From Eledone cirrhosa (lineage: Eukaryota), in assembly GCA_964016885.1 (NCBI GenBank), contig OZ024740.1:440386001-440450000 (forward strand): a stretch of DNA of 64,000 nt, read 5' to 3'. Below the pieces are notes generated by a model. That model ran no database searches and was not told the DNA's origin. It saw only the letters and a list, made by a program, of their open reading frames with translations. Shown here piece after piece: positions 52,601-64,000 of the stretch. How positions within the stretch are numbered: the stretch's first letter is position 1; every line of letters starts with the position of its first letter. The position numbers were made by a program, and so were the translations under genes.

Positions 52601-55600
52601 ACCTATCTCAGTCTCAACTAATAACGACACCATACTACACTACTTCACCTTTCTCAGTCTCAACTAGTAACTGCACCATACTACACTACTTCATCTTTCT
52701 TAGTCTCAACTAGTAACGACACCATACTACACTACTTCACCTTTCTCAGTCTCAACTAGTAACGGCACCATACTACACTACTTCATCTTTCTTAGTCTCA
52801 ACTAGTAACGACACCATACTACACTACTTCACCTTTCTCAGTCTCAACTAGTAACGACACCATACAACACTACTTCATCTTTCTCAGTCTCAACTAGTAA
52901 CGACACCATACTACACTACTTCACCTTTCTCAGTCTCAAATAATAACGACACCATACTACACTACTTCACCTTTCTCAGTCTCAATTAATAACGACACCA
53001 TACTACACTACTTCACCTTTCTCAGTTTCAAATATTAACGTCACCATACTACACTACTTCACCTTTCTCCGTCTCAACTAGTAACGACACCATACTACAC
53101 TATTTCACCTTTCTCAGTCTCAACTAGTAACGACACCATACAACACTACTTCACCTTTCTCAGGCTCAACTAGTAACGACACCATACAACACTACTTCAT
53201 CTTTCTCAGTCTCAACTAGTAACGACACCATACTACACTACTTCACCTTTCTCAGTCTCAACTAGTAACGACACCATACTACACTACTTCACATTTCACA
53301 ATCTCAACTAATAATGACACCATACTACACTACTTCACCATTCTCAGTCTCAACTAGTAACGACACCATACTACACTACTTCACCTTTCTCAGTCTCAAA
53401 TAATAACGACACTATACTACACTACTTCACCTTTCTCACTCTCAACTTGTAACGACACCATACTACACTACTTCACCTTTCTCACTCTCAACTAGTAACG
53501 ACACCATACTAAACTACTTCACATTTCTCAGTCTCAACTGGTAATGACACCATACTACACTACTTCACCTTTCTCACTCTCAACTAGTAACGACACCATA
53601 CTACACTACTTCACCTTTCTCAGTCTCAACTGGTAATGACACCATACTACACTACTTCACCTTTCTCAGTCTCAACTAGTAACGACACCATACTACACTA
53701 CTTCACATTTCTCAGTCTCAACTGGTAATGACACCATACTACACTACTTCACCTATTTCAGTCTCAACTAGTAATGACACCATACTACACTACTTCACCT
53801 TTCTCAGTCTCAACAAGTAACAATACCATACTACAATACTTTACCTTTCTCAGTCTGAACTAGTAACGACCACATACTACACTACTTCACCTTTCTCAGT
53901 CTCAACTAGTAATGACACCATACTACACTACTTCACCTTTCTCAGTCTCAACTAGTAATGACACCATACTACACTACTTCACCTTTCTCAGCCTCAACAA
54001 GTAACGACACCATACTACACTACTTCACCTTTCTCAGTCTCAACTAGTAATGACACCATACTACACTACTTCACCTTTCTCAGTCTCAACTAGTAACGAC
54101 ACCATACGAGACTACTTCACCTTTCTCAGTCTCAACTAATAACGACACCATACTACACTACTTCACCTTTCTCAGTCTCAACGAATAACGACACCATACT
54201 ACACTACTTCACCTTTCTCACTCTCACCTAGTAATGACACCATACTACACTATTTCCCCCTTTTCAGTCTCAACTAGTAAAGACACCATACTACACTACT
54301 TCACCTTTCTCACCCTCAACTAGTAACGACACCATACTACACTACTTCACCTTTCTCAGTCTCAACTAGTAACGACACCATACTACACTACTTCACCTTT
54401 CTCACTCTCAACTAGTAACGACACCATACTACACTACTTCACCTTTCACAGTCTCAACTAGTAACGGCACCATACTACACTACTTCATCTTTCTCAGTCT
54501 CAACTAGTAACGACACCATACTACACTACTTCACCTTTCTCAGGCTCAACTAGTAACGACACCATACAACACTACTTCACCTTTCTCAGTCTCAACGAAT
54601 AACGACACCATACTACACTACTTCACCTTTCTCAGTCTCAACTAGTAATGACACCATACTACACTACTTCACCTTTCTCAGTCTCAACTAATAACGACAA
54701 CATACTACACTACTTCACCTTTCTCATTCTCAACTAGTAACGACACCATACTACACTACTTCACCTTTCTCAGTCTCAACTAGTAACGACACCATACTAC
54801 ACTACTTCACCTTTCTCAGTCTCAACTTGTAATGACACCATACTACACTACTTCACCTTTCTCAGTCTCAACTGGTAATGACACCATACTACACTACTTC
54901 ACCTATTTCAGTCTCAACTAGTAATGATACCATACTACAATATTTCACCTTTCTCAATCTCAACTAGTAATGACACCATACTACACTACTTCACCTTTCT
55001 CAGTCTCAACTAGTAACGACACCATACTACACTACTTCACCTTTCTCAGTCTCAACTGGTAATGACACCATACTACACTAATTCACCTATTTCAGTCTCA
55101 ACTAGTAATGACACCATACTACACTACTTCACCTATTTCAGTCTCAACTAGTAATGACACCATACTACACTACTTCACCTTTCTCAGTCTCAACTAGTAA
55201 CAATACCATACTACACTACTTCACCTTTCTCAGTCTCAACAAGTAACAATACCATACTACAAAACTTTACCTTTCTCACTCTCACCTAGTAATGACACCA
55301 TACTACACTATTTCCCCTTTTTCAGTCTCAACTAGTAACGACACCATACTACACTACTTCACCTTTCTCACTCTCAACTAGTAACGACACCATACTACAC
55401 TACTTCACCTTTCTCAGTCTCAACTGGTAATGACACCATACTACACTACTTCACCTATTTCAGTCTCAACTAGTAATGATACCATACTACAATATTTCAC
55501 CTTTCTCAATCTCAACTATTAATGACACCATACTACACTACTTCACCTTTCTCAGTCTCAACTAGTAACGACACCATACTACACTACTTCACCTTTCTCA

Positions 55601-58600
55601 GTCTCAACTAATAACGACACCATACTACACTACTTCATCTTTCTCAGACTCAACTAGTAACGACACCATACTACACTACTTCACCTGTCTCAGTCTCAAC
55701 TAGTAACGACACCATACTACACTACTTCACCTTTCTCAGTCTCAACTAATAAGGACACCATACAACACTACTTCACCTTTCTCAGTCTCAACTAGTAACG
55801 ACACCATACAACACTACTTCATCTTTCTCAGTCTCAACTAGTAACGACACCATACTACACTACTTCACCTTTCTCAATCTCAACTAGTAACGACACCATA
55901 CTACACTACTTCACCTTTCTCAGTCTCAAATAATAATGACACCATACTACACTACTTCACCTATTTCAGTCTCAACTAGTAATGACACCATACTACACTA
56001 CTTCACCTTTCTCAGTCTCAACTAGTAACAATACCATACTACAATACTTTACCTTTCTCAGTCTGAACTAGTAACGACCACATACTACACTACTTCACCT
56101 TTCTCAGTCTGAACTAGTAACGACACCATACTACACTACTTCACCTTTCTCAGTCTCAACTAATAACGACACCATACTACACTACTTCACCTTTCTCAGT
56201 CTCAACTAATAACGACACCATACTACACTACTTCACCTTTCTCAGCCTCAACTAGTAACGACACCATACTACACTACTTCACCTTTCTCAGTCTCAACTA
56301 ATAACGACACCATACTACACTACTTCACCTTTCTCAGTCTCAACTAGTAACGACACCATACTACACTACTTTACCATTCTCAGTCTCAACTAGTGACGAC
56401 ACCATACTACACTACTTCACCTTTCTCAGTCTCAACTAGTTACGACACCATACTACACTACTTCACCTTTTACAGTCTCAAACTAGTAATGACACCATAC
56501 TACACTACTTCACATTTCACAGTCTCAACTAGTAATGACACCATACTACACTACTTCACCTTTCTCAGTCTCAACTAATAACGACACCATACAACACTAC
56601 TTCACCTTTTTCAGTCTCAACTAGTAACGACACCATACTACACTACTTCACCTTTCTCAGTCTCAACTAGTAACGACACCATACTACACTACTTGACCTT
56701 TCTCAGTCTCAACAAGTAATGACACCATACTACACTACTTCACCTGTCTCAGTCTCAACTAGTAACGACACCATACTACACTACTTCACCTTTCTCACTC
56801 TCAACTAGTAACGACACCATACTACACTACTTCACCTTTCACAGTCTCAACGAATAACGGCACCATACTACACTACTTCATCTTTCTCAGTCTCAACTAG
56901 TAACGACACCATACTACACTACTTCACCTTTCTCACTCTCAACTAGTAACGACACCATACTACACTACTTCATCTTTCTCACTCTCAACTAGTAACGACA
57001 CCATACTACACTACTTCACCTTTCTCAGGCTCAACTAGTAACGACACCATACAACACTACTTCATCTTTCTCAGTCTCAACTAGTAACCACACCATACTA
57101 CACTACTTCACCTTTCTCAGGCTCAACTAGTAACGACACCATACTACACTACTTCACCTTTCTCAGTCTCAAATAATAACGACACCATACTACACTACGT
57201 CACATTTCACAGTCTCAACTAGTAATGACACCATACTACACTACTTCACCTTTCTCAGTCTCAACTAATAACGACACCATACTACACTACTTCACCTTTC
57301 TCGGTCTCAACTAGTAATGACACCATACTACACTACTTCACCTATTTCAGTCTCAACTAGTAATGATACCATACTACAATATTTCACCTTTCTCAGTCTC
57401 AACTAGTAATGACACCATACTACACTACTTCACCTTTCTCAGTCTCAACTAATAACGACACCATACTACACTACTTCACCTTTCTCAGTCTCAACTAGTA
57501 ACGACACCATACTACACTACTTTACCTTTCTCAGTCTCAACTAGTAACGACACCATACTACACTACTTCACCTTTCTCAGTCTCAACTAGTTACGACACC
57601 ATACTACACTACATCACCTTTCAAAGTCTCAAACTAGTAATGACACCATACTACACTACTTCACCTTTCTCAGTCTCAACTAGTAACGACACCATACTAC
57701 ACTACTTCACCTTTCTCAGTCTCAACTAGTAACGACACCATACTACACTACTTCACCTTTCTCAGTCTCAACTAGTAACGACACCATACTACACTACTTC
57801 ACCTTTCTCAGTCTCAACTAGTAACGACACCATACTACACTACTTCACCTTTCTCAGTCTCAACTAGTAATGACACCATACTACACTACTTCACCTGTCT
57901 CAGTCTCAACGAATAAAGACACCATACTACACTACTTCACCTTTGTCACTCTCACCTAGTAATGGCACCATACTACACTACTTCACCTTTCTCAGTCTCA
58001 ACTTGTAACGACACCATACTACACTACTTCACCTTTCTCACTCTCAACTAGTAACGACACCATACTACACTACTTCACCTTTCTCAGTCTCAACTAGTAA
58101 CGACACCATACTACACTACTTCACCTTTCTCACTCTCAACTAGTAACGACACTATACTACACTACTTCACCTTTCACAGTCTCAACTAGTAACGGCACCA
58201 TACTACACTACTTCATCTTTCTTAGTCTCAACTAGTAACGGCACCATACTACACTACTTCACCTTTCTCAGTCTCAACTAGTAACGACACCATACAACAC
58301 TACTTCATCTTTCTCAGTCTCATCTAGTAACGACACCATACTACACTACTTCACCTTTCTCAGGATCAACTAGTAACGACACCATACTACACTACTTCAC
58401 CTATCTCAGTCTCAACTAATAACGACACCATACTACACTACTTCACCTTTCTCAGTCTCAACTAGTAACTGCACCATACTACACTACTTCATCTTTCTTA
58501 GTCTCAACTAGTAACGACACCATACTACACTACTTCACCTTTCTCAGTCTCAACTAGTAACGGCACCATACTACACTACTTCATCTTTCTTAGTCTCAAC

Positions 58601-61600
58601 TAGTAACGACACCATACTACACTACTTCACCTTTCTCAGTCTCAACTAGTAACGACACCATACAACACTACTTCATCTTTCTCAGTCTCAACTAGTAACG
58701 ACACCATACTACACTACTTCACCTTTCTCAGTCTCAAATAATAACGACACCATACTACACTACTTCACCTTTCTCAGTCTCAATTAATAACGACACCATA
58801 CTACACTACTTCACCTTTCTCAGTTTCAAATATTAACGTCACCATACTACACTACTTCACCTTTCTCCGTCTCAACTAGTAACGACACCATACTACACTA
58901 TTTCACCTTTCTCAGTCTCAACTAGTAACGACACCATACAACACTACTTCACCTTTCTCAGGCTCAACTAGTAACGACACCATACAACACTACTTCATCT
59001 TTCTCAGTCTCAACTAGTAACGACACCATACTACACTACTTCACCTTTCTCAGTCTCAACTAGTAACGACACCATACTACACTACTTCACATTTCACAAT
59101 CTCAACTAATAATGACACCATACTACACTACTTCACCATTCTCAGTCTCAACTAGTAACGACACCATACTACACTACTTCACCTTTCTCAGTCTCAAATA
59201 ATAACGACACTATACTACACTACTTCACCTTTCTCACTCTCAACTTGTAACGACACCATACTACACTACTTCACCTTTCTCACTCTCAACTAGTAACGAC
59301 ACCATACTAAACTACTTCACATTTCTCAGTCTCAACTGGTAATGACACCATACTACACTACTTCACCTTTCTCACTCTCAACTAGTAACGACACCATACT
59401 ACACTACTTCACCTTTCTCAGTCTCAACTGGTAATGACACCATACTACACTACTTCACCTTTCTCAGTCTCAACTAGTAACGACACCATACTACACTACT
59501 TCACATTTCTCAGTCTCAACTGGTAATGACACCATACTACACTACTTCACCTATTTCAGTCTCAACTAGTAATGACACCATACTACACTACTTCACCTTT
59601 CTCAGTCTCAACTAGTAACAATACCATACTACAATACTTTACCTTTCTCAGTCTGAACTAGTAACGACCACATACTACACTACTTCACCTTTCTCAGTCT
59701 CAACTAGTAATGACACCATACTACACTACTTCACCTTTCTCAGTCTCAACTAGTAATGACACCATACTACACTACTTCACCTTTCTCAGCCTCAACAAGT
59801 AACGACACCATACTACACTACTTCACCTTTCTCAGTCTCAACTAGTAATGACACCATACTACACTACTTCACCTTTCTCAGTCTCAACTAGTAACGACAC
59901 CATACGAGACTACTTCACCTTTCTCAGTCTCAACTAATAACGACACCATACTACACTACTTCACCTTTCTCAGTCTCAACGAATAACGACACCATACTAC
60001 ACTACTTCACCTTTCTCACTCTCACCTAGTAATGACACCATACTACACTATTTCCCCCTTTTCAGTCTCAACTAGTAAAGACACCATACTACACTACTTC
60101 ACCTTTCTCACCCTCAACTAGTAACGACACCATACTACACTACTTCACCTTTCTCAGTCTCAACTAGTAACGACACCATACTACACTACTTCACCTTTCT
60201 CACTCTCAACTAGTAACGACACCATACTACACTACTTCACCTTTCACAGTCTCAACTAGTAACGGCACCATACTACACTACTTCATCTTTCTCAGTCTCA
60301 ACTAGTAACGACACCATACTACACTACTTCACCTTTCTCAGGCTCAACTAGTAACGACACCATACAACACTACTTCACCTTTCTCAGTCTCAACGAATAA
60401 CGACACCATACTACACTACTTCACCTTTCTCAGTCTCAACTAGTAATGACACCATACTACACTACTTCACCTTTCTCAGTCTCAACTAATAACGACAACA
60501 TACTACACTACTTCACCTTTCTCATTCTCAACTAGTAACGACACCATACTACACTACTTCACCTTTCTCAGTCTCAACTAGTAACGACACCATACTACAC
60601 TACTTCACCTTTCTCAGTCTCAACTTGTAATGACACCATACTACACTACTTCACCTTTCTCAGTCTCAACTGGTAATGACACCATACTACACTACTTCAC
60701 CTATTTCAGTCTCAACTAGTAATGATACCATACTACAATATTTCACCTTTCTCAATCTCAACTAGTAATGACACCATACTACACTACTTCACCTTTCTCA
60801 GTCTCAACTAGTAACGACACCATACTACACTACTTCACCTTTCTCAGTCTCAACTGGTAATGACACCATACTACACTAATTCACCTATTTCAGTCTCAAC
60901 TAGTAATGACACCATACTACACTACTTCACCTATTTCAGTCTCAACTAGTAATGACACCATACTACACTACTTCACCTTTCTCAGTCTCAACTAGTAACA
61001 ATACCATACTACACTACTTCACCTTTCTCAGTCTCAACAAGTAACAATACCATACTACAAAACTTTACCTTTCTCACTCTCACCTAGTAATGACACCATA
61101 CTACACTATTTCCCCTTTTTCAGTCTCAACTAGTAACGACACCATACTACACTACTTCACCTTTCTCACTCTCAACTAGTAACGACACCATACTACACTA
61201 CTTCACCTTTCTCAGTCTCAACTGGTAATGACACCATACTACACTACTTCACCTATTTCAGTCTCAACTAGTAATGATACCATACTACAATATTTCACCT
61301 TTCTCAATCTCAACTATTAATGACACCATACTACACTACTTCACCTTTCTCAGTCTCAACTAGTAACGACACCATACTACACTACTTCACCTTTCTCAGT
61401 CTCAACTAATAACGACACCATACTACACTACTTCATCTTTCTCAGACTCAACTAGTAACGACACCATACTACACTACTTCACCTGTCTCAGTCTCAACTA
61501 GTAACGACACCATACTACACTACTTCACCTTTCTCAGTCTCAACTAATAAGGACACCATACAACACTACTTCACCTTTCTCAGTCTCAACTAGTAACGAC

Positions 61601-64000
61601 ACCATACAACACTACTTCATCTTTCTCAGTCTCAACTAGTAACGACACCATACTACACTACTTCACCTTTCTCAATCTCAACTAGTAACGACACCATACT
61701 ACACTACTTCACCTTTCTCAGTCTCAAATAATAATGACACCATACTACACTACTTCACCTATTTCAGTCTCAACTAGTAATGACACCATACTACACTACT
61801 TCACCTTTCTCAGTCTCAACTAGTAACAATACCATACTACAATACTTTACCTTTCTCAGTCTGAACTAGTAACGACCACATACTACACTACTTCACCTTT
61901 CTCAGTCTGAACTAGTAACGACACCATACTACACTACTTCACCTTTCTCAGTCTCAACTAATAACGACACCATACTACACTACTTCACCTTTCTCAGTCT
62001 CAACTAATAACGACACCATACTACACTACTTCACCTTTCTCAGCCTCAACTAGTAACGACACCATACTACACTACTTCACCTTTCTCAGTCTCAACTAAT
62101 AACGACACCATACTACACTACTTCACCTTTCTCAGTCTCAACTAGTAACGACACCATACTACACTACTTTACCATTCTCAGTCTCAACTAGTGACGACAC
62201 CATACTACACTACTTCACCTTTCTCAGTCTCAACTAGTTACGACACCATACTACACTACTTCACCTTTTACAGTCTCAAACTAGTAATGACACCATACTA
62301 CACTACTTCACATTTCACAGTCTCAACTAGTAATGACACCATACTACACTACTTCACCTTTCTCAGTCTCAACTAATAACGACACCATACAACACTACTT
62401 CACCTTTTTCAGTCTCAACTAGTAACGACACCATACTACACTACTTCACCTTTCTCAGTCTCAACTAGTAACGACACCATACTACACTACTTGACCTTTC
62501 TCAGTCTCAACAAGTAATGACACCATACTACACTACTTCACCTGTCTCAGTCTCAACTAGTAACGACACCATACTACACTACTTCACCTTTCTCACTCTC
62601 AACTAGTAACGACACCATACTACACTACTTCACCTTTCACAGTCTCAACGAATAACGGCACCATACTACACTACTTCATCTTTCTCAGTCTCAACTAGTA
62701 ACGACACCATACTACACTACTTCACCTTTCTCACTCTCAACTAGTAACGACACCATACTACACTACTTCATCTTTCTCACTCTCAACTAGTAACGACACC
62801 ATACTACACTACTTCACCTTTCTCAGGCTCAACTAGTAACGACACCATACAACACTACTTCATCTTTCTCAGTCTCAACTAGTAACCACACCATACTACA
62901 CTACTTCACCTTTCTCAGGCTCAACTAGTAACGACACCATACTACACTACTTCACCTTTCTCAGTCTCAAATAATAACGACACCATACTACACTACGTCA
63001 CATTTCACAGTCTCAACTAGTAATGACACCATACTACACTACTTCACCTTTCTCAGTCTCAACAAGTAACGACACCATACTACACTACTTCACCTTTCTC
63101 AGTTTCAAATATTAACGACACCATACTACACTACTTCACCTTTCTCCGTCTCAACTAGTAACGACACCATACTACACTATTTCACCTTTCTCAGTCTCAA
63201 CTAGTAACGACACCATACAACACTACTTCACGTTTCTCAGGCTCAACTAGTAACGACACCATACAACACTACTTCATCTTTCCCAGTCTCCACTAGTAAC
63301 GACACCATACTACACTATTTCACCTTTCTCAGGCTCAACTAGTAACGACACCATACTACACTAGTTCACCTATCTCAGTCTCAACTAGTAATGATACCAT
63401 ACTACACTACTTCACATTTCACAGTCTCAACTAGTAATGACACCATACTACACTACTTCACCTTTCTCAGTCTCAACTAGTAATGACACCATACTACACT
63501 ACATCACCTTTCTCAGTCTCAACTAGTAACGACACCATACTACACTACTTCACCTTTCTCAGTCTCAAATAATAACGACACCATACTACACTACTTCACC
63601 TTTCTCAGTCTCAAATAATAACGACACTATACTACACTACTTCACCTTTCTCAGTCTCAACTTGTAACGACACCATACTACACTACTTCACCTTTCTCAG
63701 TCTCAAATAATAACGACACTATACTACACTACTTCACCTTTCTCAGTCTCAACTAGTAATGACACCATACTACACTACTTCACCATTCTCAGTCTCAACT
63801 AGTAACTACACCATACTACACTACTTCACCTTTCTCAGTCTCAAATAATAACGACACCATACTACACTACTTCACCTTTCTCAGTCTCAAATAATAATGA
63901 CACCATACTACACTACTTCACCTATTTCAGTCTCAACTAGTAATGACACCATACTACACTACTTCACCTTTCTCAGTCTCAACTAGTAATGACACCATAC
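28700..64000. repeat. Satellite DNA array B, 46-bp monomer ACACCATACTACACTACTTCACCTTTCTCAGTCTCAACTAGTAACG, ~767 copies, runs off the right edge
   Basis: Uninterrupted tandem 46-mers, with an occasional 47-mer carrying CTCAAACTAG. Most units have 0-3 substitutions. The + strand is C/A/T-rich with only 3 G per consensus unit. The consensus carries an SpeI site (ACTAGT). Confidence 0.99.

Noticed and set aside
56393-62376. Two identical 61-aa ORFs in array B
   Set aside because: Chance stop loss within satellite monomers, copied by the 5798-bp duplication.
28700-64000. 46-bp repeat array as a CRISPR array
   Set aside because: The monomers are directly adjacent with no unique spacers, there are no cas genes, and the context is eukaryotic.

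Overview
Eukaryotic, non-coding, repeat-dominated window. The SINE sequences resemble those I recall from octopod cephalopods, but the taxon is an inference. It has three parts. (1) 1-~19850 is a 20-bp satellite (GATATGGATGTAGAGTGTGT) with nested higher-order duplications of 1874, 6144, 1066 and 306 bp. (2) ~19850-28700 is an 8.85-kb island of transposon debris and microsatellites. It holds a non-autonomous Helitron on the minus strand (3' hairpin+CTAG terminus, C-terminal Pif1-helicase remnant, internal minisatellites), 5'-truncated R4/Dong-like and Tx1/L1-like LINE ends, five co-oriented tRNA-derived Deu/Nin-domain SINE copies or fragments, and a perfect 44-bp palindrome. (3) 28700-64000 is a 46-bp satellite (ACACCATACTACACTACTTCACCTTTCTCAGTCTCAACTAGTAACG) with recent tandem duplications of 90, 25, 59 and 126 monomers. 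No intact host gene, rRNA, true tRNA or CRISPR array is supported, and the long His/Thr/Ile/Ser ORFs are a by-product of the 20-mer. I cannot support a genuinely new biological system. The best leads are the opposite strand polarity of the two satellites around a short island, their higher-order structure, and the minisatellite-carrying Helitron.
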